Below are positions 21,449 to 34,414 of a DNA stretch of 64,000 nucleotides, piece after piece (the first letter of the stretch is position 1; every line of letters begins with the position of its first letter). The stretch is from NCBI GenBank assembly GCA_010093605.1, contig MU004190.1, positions 1,819,599 through 1,883,598 on the forward strand, written 5' to 3'. This DNA is from Lophium mytilinum (taxonomy: Eukaryota). Made by a program: the position numbers and the translations under genes. Below the pieces are notes generated by a model. It worked only from the letters and a program-made list of their open reading frames with translations. It was not told the DNA's origin and did not search any database.

Positions 21449-22829
21449 CTACCTTCCTCCACCCTGGCCCCTCCACTCCCCCCTCTGAAAACTATCCCGA
21501 CTCGCACTCGCCCCACTCTGACTCCCATGACTACTCTCATCCACTATCTCCACATTCGTCGTGCGCAGTATCCCCTTCTTCCCCTTCCCACCCGCAATAT
21601 CGCCCGCCTCGTCCGGCAGAATCGCCCACTCGCTGTCGTTATCCTTCGTGCCAAAGTTGTGCACGACGCTCGTCGGCTTCGTGATCTCGTACGACTTGAG
21701 GTTGAAGTTGTTGGCGCGGGTTACGCGAGTGCCGGAGCTAAGATTCGGCACGATGCGGTGCAGGAAGTTGTCGAAGGTCTTGCGCAGCGGGGGCAGGCAG
21801 GAGACGATCAGGCCCATGCCGACTTCGGCCGACGACCAGATGGTTAAGTCGACGGATTGGTAGGTCGTGTCTGTGGCGGATTGGAGGGAGTTGAGCTTGA
21901 AGAGTTTGGCGATGGAGCAAGCGGTGCCACTGATATAGGGGGTTAGAGAGGGGTTTCGTGATAAGTGGTCGGGACAGATGAGGAGGAAGGGCTGTGAGGT
22001 TTGGGTTGTCTTGCTACTTCGGTGCGTCCGCTTTTGGCGAAGGGAAGTGAGAAGAATGTGGAAGTTCGCCAGACAAGCGTTGTTCGGATTATATGCAAGA
22101 AGAGGCTTACAGTAGACCGAGCAGAAACACGGCTCGCAGTCCCCACTGTGTGCTTTTCGCCAGCTGCACAGACGCGAGGTACACAAGCGGTGAAGCGGAG
22201 TAGATGATGTCCGTGATGATGTTCGCACCAGACTGCGTATACCCACTTGCCGCGTTGACCTTCTTGGGCCAACAGGACCCTGGCTGTTTCCTGTTCCAGC
22301 GCAGCGAAAGGGGTCGACAGTTGCCAAACAGCACGATGCTTGGAAGAATAAAGTTGCAGGTAACGACTAAGAAAAGAGAGAGCCAGATAATCCCGCGGTA
22401 TGTCGGGGAGAAGTTTAGCGTGATGAGATAGGCGGAAATGCTCATTTTAAGGAATGCCATGGCGAAGACGTTGGTTACTTGGGCGATGTAAATGTCTTTG
22501 AAGCACGCAATGAGCGTTGGGAGAATGGAAGGGTCTGTAATATGGCGACCTTGGCCTTCGTAGGCAGACTTGATGGAGAATGCATTGGCGACGATGTTGA
22601 GAATCTTGACAGATTTATGAGTAACTATGAAGGGGTGGATGATAGGGAAGTCAGTTTAACATACCGCCGATAGCATGATAAGATAGTCACTCAAAGTGAA
22701 CTTTCCCTTCGCTTTCCAGCTAACAATCAACCGCCAAACAACGAAGGCGGTACCCAAGATTATGACGGGGATCAGAGAGCCCACGATGGCAGGCCCTCGG
22801 TCGTTGAACGTGACCTTTTCTGGAGCCAT
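21449..22829 (-). CDS. PTH11-like (rhodopsin-domain) integral membrane protein / GPCR, no CFEM domain
   Basis: MAPEKVTFNDRGPAIVGSL..AFVVWRL..SDYLIMLSA; MAFLKMSISAYL; CRPLSLRWN..GSCW; NIITDIIYSASP; WSSAEVGMGLIVSCLPPLR. Multi-exon. Confidence 0.88.
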
Positions 22830-23246
22830 TTTGAGCCAAAGACCAGCTGGCAGGAGAAACAGAACTGTGGAAGAGGATATCAAAAAGTTGTTGAACTAAG
22901 GCCCGCTAGAACTAGAGGCCGTCTCGTGCTTAATCTATATTCCCTCCACTTCTCAACGGGCGCGGGAGGCAACGGCCAGCCAAGGTACCATTTCGTACGG
23001 TTGCAGCAACAGCTTCCCGCGACGGCGCCACATTTCATATCTGGAGCATACTAAAAACATGCTAGCAAGGATATCGACAGACTCTCGAAGCGGAAGCTGC
23101 CGAGCTCGGGAAGTAGCCGACCTTAGAGGTTCTGGCCGTTGGTCTACCTTTCATTGTGCCTCATAGTAGAACTCCATGAGAATCAGTTCACGTTCGAACC
23201 AGACTGACACGTTCCACGATTGACAGGTTCAATACACTATGTAGAT

Positions 23247-23290
23247 CGATCTTTGTGTTGATCTCTCTGTTGATCTTTCTGTTGATCTCT
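23247..23290. repeat. 12-bp minisatellite (GATCTYTSTGTT)n, ~3.5 copies
   Basis: gatctttgtgtt gatctctctgtt gatctttctgtt gatctct. Confidence 0.7.
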
Positions 23291-25069
23291 GCGATGCTGA
23301 AGCTTTCTGGCTCCACAGTAGGAGTGGATCACGACGCAGGGGCACACAGCGAAGTTGGTAACGAGTAACGAGGCACTCAGGATAGCGAGCCAGCCGGTTC
23401 CTGGTAATCCTGCCCGAATTGAGGTTTGCGCAAGCATTCATCCGGTTTCTCTCGAGATCATGCAGGCAAGAGAACACGAAAATTGCGGTAGTCTTTCTTC
23501 TTACAGAACGCTTACCGTGGGTGAAAGGATCACGCAGGATGACAACACCCCCACCTGCCACCTTCATGGTTGCTTAGCCCGACACTAAAGGCACTCGAAA
23601 CCCTTCCTCCGTGTCCGACTATGCAAACTTACCCTTGCCCCAAGAGCGACGGAACCTGGGGTTCCTCATCCGCGGCTGGGGTTCTTGGGCCTAGGTGGTT
23701 CCTGCAGCTGCCGTCAGGAGGTGTCGTCCGTAGTAAGCTGAGCGCAGCGAATAGGAGACGTTCGGAGAATACGAATAAGGTTATTCCATTTCAGGGGTTC
23801 AAGGGTCCGGTTCCCGCAGGAGGTAACGCCCCTGCCGAGAACCGTGAGGGTTGCGACCCTTGGACCGACAAAGAAAAACGAGCTTCAAGCGGTGATGTTC
23901 TAGACTGTCGCTCTGGCCCAAATCTTCGACACGTACGATGTTCTGTGCATTCCGAGTGAGAAGATAAGCTCAAGTATTAGGGCCCCCAGTCTCTGAAGAG
24001 TTGCTTTTCTAGGGTACCGATAGGAACACTAGCCTCGCTAAATTCTCGAAGTCGAACGCCACCCGCAGACCTCCGCGACGCGAGCACGCAAGTTGTGCCC
24101 CTACTTAGCCGCCTCATCAACCTCGAAATAGCGAGCGGAGACGGAATAAAACCTTCTACTCGCTAAAAACATGGCCTGATACGCTCACATTTAAGGGCGG
24201 CATATCGCGCCACGGCCCATGAGAGCGATTGAGTCTTGGCAGAGAAGAGGGTACGTACTCCGCACTCCGTGGGTACTTTGCTAAGAGTGCTGGAATTCTC
24301 ACTTCAGCTTCACTACACCCAATGTTTGGTCTGCGCAGGACTCGTCTCAGTACAGACGTCAGACGAAGCTTAAATAATGGACCTCGATCCCCACGACCTC
24401 AAAACTCGTCCCCGCAAGTGCCGATATATAGGTATCGGTTGTTCACTCACGAGTCAGGAGCAGGATTTACTTGTGCGTATTTAGGCAGAAGGGAACTGAT
24501 ACGCCGTTTTGAATCCACGATGAGGTAGCAAGTCGCCACACCCGCGTTTGCCATTTTGAACTATCGATTTCTCGCTTGGAAAGGATTCTTGGTTAGCCAG
24601 CAGGGAGCGATACCTACCCACGTGCTGCCTCAAATATAGAGAATCTCAACTGCCGATGGCGAAATCAATGCAGACTTGGCAAATATGGATATTCTACCGC
24701 TTACATTACCTCTTTGAGCGCGGCCGGAGATGAACAGGTAGCGGGGCAGGGGACCCCATCCTGCAGCACCCACGATTCAAGAACCGCATCATCGCATGTT
24801 TGCAACCGGCAGTAAAATCATCCACGGACCCTGTAACCTCGCATTCGTCTGCCGCAGTACCCATCACTGCCACGCGAGCGAGAGAGGGGTTCGTCGGCGT
24901 GCCGTCCTGGAACATTAAAGTTAAGAGATCCCTGATCCCACCACCCTGGCATTGGGACCTCTTACAGAATTCCTCGTGTTTATCCTCGTCTCTTCCTCTC
25001 TCTCGTTCTCCACCCGTTCACTGAACACCCACACTCGTTTTATTTTCCTTTTTGGACAAAGAAGCACGT

Positions 25070-27384
25070 ATGATGCGTGCAGCCGCTCGTTTGGCTTCGG
25101 CCGTCCATCTCTTCAGCATTCTTGTTCCTGGCGCTATCGCGCTCCCGACCAGTAATGGACAGATCGTGGGCCGTGATACTGTGGACGGCAGCACTTATGA
25201 CTATGTAATTGTGGGTGGTGGACTCAGCGGCTTGGTCGTTGCCAATCGTTTGAGTGAGAATCCCAAGAGTACGTCTTTCATCTTTCGTTTGTTTCCTTCC
25301 TTCACCATAAGCAAGACTTCAACGAATCTTTTCATCCTTGAGCATTGCGACATAAAGGCCAAGAGTTCCATGCAGAGAACCCACATGACCTTCACGTGAT
25401 TCTATACGTCCAACTACATCTTCTGCAACACCACCCCGCTTTGTCCACTGTTTCCGCAACTATGCTCAACAATCCCAGACACCGTCCTCGTAATCGAATA
25501 TGGCTACATCGACAACGGCCCCAAAACTTTAATTCCATACTTCGCCAACTCTATCAACGCTGCCGACCTCTGGCCCGGCCTTACCTCCGCCCCGGTCCCC
25601 GGCCTCAATGACCTTACCTTCTCGGTTTCAATCGGCGCTGTCGTTGGTGGAGGCTCTGTCGTCAACGGCATGGAGTACGACCGCGGCGCCAGCGCTGACT
25701 ACGATTCATGGTACGTACAATCACCACTGTCTTGGGGTGCAAGATCTTTTTATGTGCTACTCAAGGCGCGCTCTCAAACCTTCACTTTTCCACTACCTGA
25801 ACTCTTACCCTCTCGACCGACCCCCTGAGGAGCCTCCGATACTATTTCAGGGGTATTCCCCCAAATACCCACTGATAATCCATCATCCCTCTCAAGCCCC
25901 TTCTCATCAACCCCAACATACAACAACCATACTAACGCCCTCCCAGGGAACTCCTCGGCAATCCAGGCTGGGGCTGGAGCGATCTCCTACCCTACTTCAA
26001 GAAAAGCACCAACTTTACGCCCCCTTCGGCCGCCGCCACCAAGGAATTCGGTATCACCTGGGATGCTTCCGCGTACGGCACCAACGGGCCCCTGAAAACC
26101 ACCATTGCAAACTTCCAGTACCCGGATCTCAACACGATCTGGGACGCGTGGAGGCACGACGGCGTGCCTCTCCCGCGTGAAGGCTCCTCGGGCGACGCTG
26201 TCGGCGCCTTCTGGACGCCCTCGACGCTCGATGCCAGCTCTTCTACGCGATCCCACGCGCGGACAGCATACTACGACCCCGTCGCCAGCCGGCCGAACCT
26301 GCATCTCATCACCGGGCAACAGGCCAACGAGATCCTGTTCAAGAACTCCCTCGCCACCGGTGTATCCTTCGTCTCCCGCGCCGACGGGACCATCTCGACC
26401 GTCTCCGCGCGCAAAGAAGTCATCCTCGCCGCCGGCGCGATCCACACGCCGCAACTCCTCCAACTCTCCGGCATCGGTCCCAAAGCCGTGCTGCAAGCCG
26501 CTGGGATCAAGGTGCGACAAGACCTGCCCGCCGTAGGCGCGAACTTCCAGGACCACCCAGCCGCCTTCATGAGCTACACGCTCTCCAACACCACCTTCCC
26601 GAACCCGAACTCCCTCGCGCTGAACGCAACCTACAACGCAACCTCGTACCAGCAATACGTCGACACCCGCACCGGCCCCTACGCCGCCGCGCGCGGCAAC
26701 AGCGCCGCCTTCCTCTCCCTGCCGCAAGTAACCTCGAAATACATCAGCATCGTCATCTCGCTGCTCACCCAAAACCCCCTCTCCTACCTCCCCAGCATCT
26801 ACACCGACAACTCCCTCCTCAAAGGCTTCCTCGCGCAGCGGGCTGTCTTGGCAACCCAATTCAGCACCAACAGCGCCGCCGTCTCCGAATTCCCCTTCAA
26901 CGGCGGCGGCCGCGCAACCGCCGCGCTCCAGAAACCCCTCTCCCGCGGCACCATCACCCTCAACGCGACCAACCCCTCCGGCGCGCCCGTCATCGCCTAC
27001 AACGCCTTCCAGAACCCCGTCGACCGCGCCGTGCTGCTCGCCATGGTGCGGCACGCGCGGGACTTCTGGGCGCTTCCGCAACTCGCGAAGTTTTCTCCTG
27101 TCGAGGCGGGCCCCGGCGCGCAGTACCAGACCGACGACGAGATCTTCAACGCGCTGGTGGCGGGCGGGCTGCTGACGCCGAGTTTCGCGCATCCCAGCGG
27201 GACGTGTGCGCTGATGCCGCAGGGGTTGGGGGGGTGTGTCGCGCCGGATTTGAGGGTGTATGGGACGCGGGGGCTGAGTGTGGTGGATGCGAGTGTGATG
27301 CCGTTGATTCCGGCGGCGCATTTGCAGGCGACGGCGTATGCGGTGGCGGAGAAGGCGGCGGATTTGATTAAGGCGAGGGCGTGA
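25070..27384 (+). CDS. Secreted GMC oxidoreductase (CAZy AA3-type)
   Basis: A signal peptide is followed by [21 protein letters not shown] (FAD Rossmann fold), [54 protein letters not shown] and [30 protein letters not shown]. Multi-exon. Confidence 0.95.
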
Positions 27385-28043
27385 GGGGTGTTGTTGAGGG
27401 TGGTTTGAGGAGGATGAGGGGTGGGGATCTGTAAATTTTAATCATTGGGTGGGTGTAGGCGCGGGTTGAGGAGGTGTGAGTTAGGTGGAATATATGTACA
27501 ACTTTTGGATGTCGGGTTTGTGTGCTTAGTTGGTCGTCGCGGTTGGTGCTGTGTGATTTGATGAGCGTGAAGTAAGATTAGGCTTCGAGGCATATGTTAA
27601 ACTATTGCACTACCCCTCGAGCGGCGTTAGCTAGCGGCATCAGCTAATCCGGGTCGCGGACAGTGGACGTCCTTTGTGTACATTTTAGTGTGCAATGAAA
27701 GGGTAGAGCACGTAAAGAGGTAAATCGTACTCGATAAAAATGCTCTGGGTGGAAGAGGAATTTTGGAGGATGCGAAGAGAAGGGAGATTGAAAGTTGACA
27801 AAGAGCGGGAGCACATGTAACTGAGATAGGTTCGTATATTATATTTTATATGTTCAAAGATCGCGAAGCGGACTCTAGACCCATTGCGCCCACTGTCAAC
27901 TATCCAATACCGAAGACCCAAAACGCCAACAAGCGGCGTGGGAATTGCTCAAACAAAGGAGATGGTATCATGACCGCTGTATCCCATTCTATCTTTTTCT
28001 TCCATCACCAGTACGAGGAAACTGTTCCCTTGTGTGAAATCCC

Positions 28044-28973
28044 TTACACCATGACACCATCGGAGCTGTCACCGCTGGTGCGTTTCTCCTCCTCGATGTT
28101 CTTGTTCTTCTTGCCAAAAGTCGACGCGAGGGCCGGGAAACAGTATCCAGGGTGGAAGATGGTCAGCGCGAGCGTCGCAATGACAATCATGACACCGTCA
28201 AGAACGATGAACTCGGCCTCGTTCCGCATAATCGGGTTGCGCCATCCACCGCTCATCTCGGGGATACGGTAGATGCATCGGGTGAGGATCACGATGTAGG
28301 CTACGAAGACGGCGCCCATGAAGAGACGGAAGGAGGACTTGTGGGCGAGCTCAACGGCGGACGGGGAGAGCGAGGCGCGGTTGCGGTAGACGCGGAGGAG
28401 GTATTCGGTGGCGGCAGCTCCGTAGCAAACAAGCACAACAACCTGGAAGACGATACCGGCGATCATGAGGTTGGAGCCGGTGTCGAGCATGCTGGAGCCC
28501 GGGTCGGCGGTGGCAGCAGTTCCTCCACCGGCGCCCTGGAGGACAAGAGAGAGGACATCGCAGGCGATGAAGATGCGGGTGTACCAGACACCCTTGATCC
28601 AGGAGTACTCCTCGCCGAAGGAGAGGACGAGGTGCTTGAGGGTGAGGTAAATGCCGGCGGTGATGAAGGCAGGGGCGATGATGAGGCAGACAATCTGCAT
28701 GTTGAAGCCGGCGCTGGAGTAGGGGTTGTTGTGCATGATGATACGGCCAATGTAGCCGACGCATTCAGCGAAGGTGCCGAATCCGAGACCAATCATAAAG
28801 GTCCATGTCTTCCATCGGATACCTTGGAAGAGCTGGACGAGGAGGGCGATGCCGAAGAAGGCGGCGAAAAAGGCATTGCCGCCGAGGCTGGGGTAGTAGC
28901 CGTAGATAGTCCCCTCGACCGGGCACTCGGGGCCGACCTTGGTGCACCAATCTGGGGCGCTGGGGGCAACCAT
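28044..28973 (-). CDS. RTA1-like (lipid-translocating exporter family) 7-TM protein
   Basis: CPVEGTIYGYYPSLGGN, ECVGYIGRI, IIAPAFITAGIYLTL, FIACDVLSLVLQGAGGG and ILTRCIYRIPEMSGGW..EAEFIVLDG. Confidence 0.93.
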   Translation of the reverse strand: MVAPSAPDWCTKVGPECPVEGTIYGYYPSLGGNAFFAAFFGIALLVQLFQGIRWKTWTFMIGLGFGTFAECVGYIGRIIMHNNPYSSAGFNMQIVCLIIAPAFITAGIYLTLKHLVLSFGEEYSWIKGVWYTRIFIACDVLSLVLQGAGGGTAATADPGSSMLDTGSNLMIAGIVFQVVVLVCYGAAATEYLLRVYRNRASLSPSAVELAHKSSFRLFMGAVFVAYIVILTRCIYRIPEMSGGWRNPIMRNEAEFIVLDGVMIVIATLALTIFHPGYCFPALASTFGKKNKNIEEEKRTSGDSSDGVMV

Positions 28974-31538
28974 TGTGGAGGTTGTGGGGTTGTAGGTTGG
29001 GGATGAGGAGTAGAAGACTCGGGGTAGATGGAAGACTCGGGGTCGATAGAAGTTAAGTACAGAAGTGGATGAGGGTGGAGAAAACCGAAGGCTGAGAATG
29101 GAAAGGCTGTTGAGTGATGATTGGAAGGATGTGGAGGTGGTTGATGATGGCTGACATGAAGGCGAAAGACACAATACTTATATCACAGCTGTTTTGGGCC
29201 GTATTGGGGCGGGCCTCGTGTTACGCCCGAAAGGTAGGGCAGTGCAAGGCCGTATGGGCAGGGCCAAGAGCGGTTTCGCAGTTTGATGAGTCGGTAGACT
29301 CGGTAGGCGTGGTGTTGGCTGATGCGCATGGCTGACGGAGGGACTAGCTGACCGGCCGTCGCAAGGTCAACCGAAAGAGCTCAGGCGCCGCTGCAACGGC
29401 GCCTTGTAGGGCAACAAGCAGGCTGCTTGATTGGAGCGCAGAGCGAGTGTCAAGGGCGGAGCGGAACGGGATGACGAGGACACGCGGTGTGGATGGAAGG
29501 CTGAGGCCCGGTGGAATTATACGTCCGTAACCGAACCAGCCAATCCCAGCTACCCGTCTTGTCCGTCCCCACACTTCTCTCGTAGACTTCCAATGGCATG
29601 CCGAACCACGATCGAACCAGGAGCAGGCCTTGGCTAATGTCTATTTTCATGATGCACTTGATTGTCGACGCTAGAAACTCTGTATACCTTCCCTTGCATC
29701 GCAAGCTCGACCTATTCGCGCTTTTCTCGCGAAGTGAGCATATCTACATCACACTAGCCACTATAGAGCCTACTAGACAATCGCCATTCACTCGAGCTGC
29801 GTGACGTGCTCCTGAATAAGGAATCCCAGCCTTAGATACGGGCCGTCAGATGCTTCAACACGTCGCATAGCCGAGTTGGCCTTACGCTGCATCGCGTCTC
29901 CATCATACGTAGTCGCAAGCATCACACCATTCCTTGTCTCCTGCGTTGCATTCCTCGCATTCTGGTTTACGTATCTTTTCTGGTGAACAACCATATAGTC
30001 TGCTTCTAACAAGTAGATCCTCTCGGGTAGACTCTACTTTCTGTCCATCAATCTCTTTTACCAGGAGTCCACGGCTCACCGTCCCGAATCCCTACCGCCC
30101 CGAATCCCGGGCGGCGGGATGTGAGTCCGTCTTGGCACCTTTCCTCTCTTGTCCATTAGGCTTAGTCTCCGCGCTAATGTTAGAGATCTCACCGACTTCA
30201 CTGCATGTCTAACCGCCACGTCTCGCGTCTACCTACCACCTCGTATTCTGGACGCGTGTCAGCCTTACAACCTTACTGCACTGCACACCGAGCCTTGAAG
30301 CCTCCGACCGTCTGTGTTGCTAACTAGGTGTGTCTATCTCTATCTAGGTAGCAATTCCCGCGCAGAGTGCTCCACCGCAAGTCGTCTTGTGGAGATTGAT
30401 TATGAAATTATACATGCTACGAATCCGTCTCGTCTCACGATGGAGATCATGTGAATCCCTGAGATCTGCTACACGGCCCTGGCAATAAAGTTCTTATCGA
30501 CCTAGTTGTTTTCGCACAGGATTGACGGTACGTATACTGGTATCATGCGATCATAGATCGCTCCCAGGACGTACACCAGTTCTTACGTCCGTAATGGGAG
30601 TTTGCTCCCACGATTCCCAAGTCCGCGTCTCGAGCCATAACTACATACCCGACGGTTGGTCTAAATTAATCTATAAGACAACGCGATGAGACAATGCGGT
30701 CCCAGACTTAATTCGATCGACCGTCCCCGCATCTCTTTAATTTTTAACCCTGAATCCCACGGCGCAAACTGCTCCTGATCTGGCTAGCTTATCCAGCCCG
30801 TTAGCGCCAGAGTAGCGGCCGTTGGCCGTTGTGGCTGGGACGTGACAATCGTTCAACCGTGGTACAGATGCTCTTAGCCCAAGCCAATTCCGCGATGCTG
30901 GGGCAGAATCATCGCGTCGCTTTTTCTGCACTATGTACGATGACTTCGAGTCTTCCATCAAGCGCGTACTGGGTGTCCAGGCGGTATTTCTACGTGTCGC
31001 GTCCTATCACACCCATTCGACCTCCGCCTATCGTTCCTTTCCATCCTTTAGACTCCATCCAATCCGCCCAACGCTTCACATTGCAGTCGCAACGTCCGTT
31101 CTCCGAGCACAAATGGGATCTCAAGATCGTCAGAACTTTTGAGTTATCCGTGAATAGCTGACGATCTCTTTTGCGATTCTCCTCACAGCCCAATGGCGCA
31201 CGATACCACTCTTTCTGGTTAGCACGACTCCTGTGCCACCTTTTGAGTTCTTACACTCCTCTTCCCGATCGCCACCAGCTTGACTTTGGGCCTACGTAGT
31301 TCACGGAACGAAACTGTACCTCTTGGGTAACGTTCATCCTACCTACGAAAACAACGACGCCTTACTAGGGAATGAAAATGTTTCCACAAGACACAGACTC
31401 ATGCCGAAGAATAGAACGGCTATCCTCTCAATCTTCCCCAAGCCCTCAGTATTACCCACAGGGGCACTGACATAGCAGCGCCGCATCCGCTAAGTCCCAG
31501 AATGATGTTTCTTTGGTTCGATTCGTTTCTTTCGTCAA

Positions 31539-31938
31539 CATTACCACCACGTCGTGTCTCCGTCGTCATGCTGCTCTCTCATCCACACACAGCTTCTCAA
31601 TACTGGTCTCCGACATTTCAATTCGTCTCTTTTGATACTATTCCTCGCACGCCGTGTATGCACGAAAGGTGAACTACAAAACGTATATAAACCCACCGTT
31701 TAGTTAACAACTCAAGCTTGCACCGGTTGGATTCTTCATTTTGGTTGACATTACCACCCCGCCGCGTCTACGCCGCGGCCCGCTCCTTCACTTATGCATG
31801 GTCTCTCAATAACGGCCTTCCACGGTTGAATTCGTTACTTTTGTTAGCATTACCACCCCGCCATGTCTATGCCGCGGCCCCGTCCTTCAATCACGCATGG
31901 TCTTTCAGTTACGGTCTTCCACCGTCTAATGTCGTTAC
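31539..31938. repeat. ~99-bp direct repeat: two close copies (31749, 31848) and a more degenerate copy at 31539
   Basis: CATTACCACCCCGCCRYGTCTAYGCCGCGGCCC..TCCTTCA..YGCATGGTCT..ACGGYCTTCCAC occurs twice, 99 bp apart. CATTACCACCACGTCGTGTCT is at 31539. Confidence 0.75.
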
Positions 31939-32643
31939 CTGGTTTCAACATCTCCACATTGTCTCCTAGCCGTAATAGGGGTGCCTCTCTTATCGACCGC
32001 AAGGTCGTTAGAGAGTCCCAGAAGGTCCAGCTCTCCCTTTCAACCGCGAGGTCGCCGTTCACGACGATGTCTACAACGGGTATGAGCTATGGCTCCTCAC
32101 TTAAAAACACTTAACCTTATCGTATCTTCCAGCTCTCATCCAGCTACTACACTACTTAAACCTCCGCACCCCCTCCTCAATTACTACCTGCGTCAACTAC
32201 AGCATCGTCAAACTCCTCGGCATCAATTGAATGTTCTTACCAAGCCCGACCCTTGAGGTAACGCACACACCAAAGGAAGCATGAAGCCGAAACTAACGCG
32301 CTGCAGATGTTTAGAATCCTGGCCCTCTTCGGATACGGCGGAGCGGCTCCGCCTGTCGGTCCTGTTGGCGCAGGCGCTGAAGGCGCGGCGGAGGGAGGTG
32401 CAGCGGCCGGGGCGCGTGAGCCGGAGACGAGGCAGCTGGGGGCGTAGCTCGACTCTATCACCACATCGGGGATCCGATTGCGGCAATCGTGGGCCCTCAT
32501 GGCCAACCCTCGCAAAGACGCGAGGCCGTCTTCACGGCGCTCGCAAACGGCAACCTGCCGTAGAATCGGGCTCGTGATGATGACGAGGGATCAGCCGACG
32601 AGATCAGTTCGCTGGGGATGATGACACCGCACGACAAGCCAAG

Positions 32644-33901
32644 TTGGGGGGCCGCAGCCTCGGCCTCCACACTAGAAGGCGCATCTTCTTCAACTTCCAA
32701 GAACTCGCCGAACCACACGAGATCAGGGCCGATGAAAATGCACGCTTCCTTGGGCCGTCTACTCGCCCGGAGGCCTCGACCTGGGACGACGCTGGAATCT
32801 TCCGGAACTCTCGGTGGCCGAATCCAGATGCTGGAGATCGAATCCTACGAACCATGTCGCAATGGGGCCCAGATCTCATGGCTCTCATCAAAGCCAGTCC
32901 AAACGGCATGATCCACGTTCTGAGCCAATGTACCCTCCTAGACCGGCACGACCCCGACCATGTGTGCGCGCATCGCGCCTGTTCCGCCCCAACCCAATGG
33001 GGTCAATATCTGTACAAAGTAAGTCTCACCATCGTCGTTCTCTGTCGTCGACGCCCATAGATGCTAACGTGACCACCAGTGTTCGCACTGCGATGCCAGG
33101 TACCACATGGCGTGCATAGCAGAGATAGTCAGCACCAAAGTCTCGAAGCACCGTCACATATTTACGATACTGCGAAAACCGCGAGGCTGCTATCGCTCCC
33201 CATCAGCCAGAATACAGCAACCTCGCCGACGTCTTCGCCCAGGCCACAGGGCTGTCGAGCCGCCTTCGAAAGAATCATGGGACCTAAGGGATAACTCATG
33301 TTCTAGCGGCCAGGACATCCAACCTCCAACCCGTTCGTCAACGCCACCGGCTTGGATCCTTGCATTTTGGACCCTCAAGACGCAGACTTGCTTGTGCGGC
33401 GAGCATTTGGAGGATTCGGACGGTTCAATCGAGCAGCAATGGGCTCACATTCCGGTAAGTGTAGTCTCTTCGTACGTTCAGATAGGCTCAGCGCACCTTG
33501 CTGACTTGCATAGATGGCGACAGCAGACCCCTCCTCCTCCCGCGCCAGAACAAGAAGAAGAGTCGTTCAACAGCAACGACATCCCCGGCCTCAACACCCG
33601 CCAACTGAGTGTGTTGCCCAGGAGAGGCATCAACAAGGCGGGTTTCGGTTCAGAAGGATACGCTGAGCGCACCACCTGTCTCTCGCGAGTCGTGATTGGA
33701 GAGAGAGTGACCACGCTACCTCCATGCTACCATCGGTTCCATCACGATTGCATTGGTGATTGGTTGCGTATCAACAAGACTTGTCCGTACTGGCGAAAGG
33801 ACGTCAAGACCGCCCTGTCGACCGCGAGGTCGGAACGCTCTGAATTGGGACCGTGGCGACTGTTCAGAGGCGGCGAGAAAGACGACGGGTGGGGGGTTTG
33901 A
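32644..33901 (+). pseudogene. Degenerate zinc-finger / RING-H2 ubiquitin-ligase-like gene
   Basis: A spliced Cys/His cluster VCAHRAC...YK/CSHCDARYHMAC spans a GTAAGT..GCTAAC..CAG intron. The C-terminal RTTCLSRVVIGERVTTLPPCYHRFHHDCIGDWLRINKTCPYWR is a RING-H2 with the first Cys changed to Arg and the last to Trp. No clean start codon is visible. Confidence 0.6.
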
Positions 33902-34414
33902 GCGCCGTTCCATGCGCAGGGGGCGAAACCTGATAGGTACCAGACTGCCGGGGGTGGTGGGGGTGATGCGCGACTCTAGTCCCGAGGAAATGCCGTTGTA
34001 GATCTCGTAGTAGTCAGTGGGAGAATCGCCTGGAGAGGTAAGTAGCGAGGTAGGTCTCTGAAATGATCTGATGAGGATGGAGAAGCAGGAGTAGAACCGA
34101 CAACAAAGCGCTCAAGAAACAAACTCGCAGATACAGTGCGTGGATTAAAAATGCGTTTCGTATAAGACCCAGTCTCCGCTATGTGGGGAAGAAACTATAA
34201 TATAAAAAGGCAGGTATAACATGAAAATGAAGTTATTCCGACGCCATGCGCTCGAAAAAGACCGCTCAGGAAAAATGAAAACGTAGAACGTCGAGTCTTT
34301 CCCCCGGATCGCGATATCCTAACTCGCGTCGAGGTTAGTCTAGCACGGGGCTGCGATCCTCAACCTGTCCCCCCTCCCTCGCCATCACAAAACCAGCCCG
34401 ACCTTTGAACCCCT

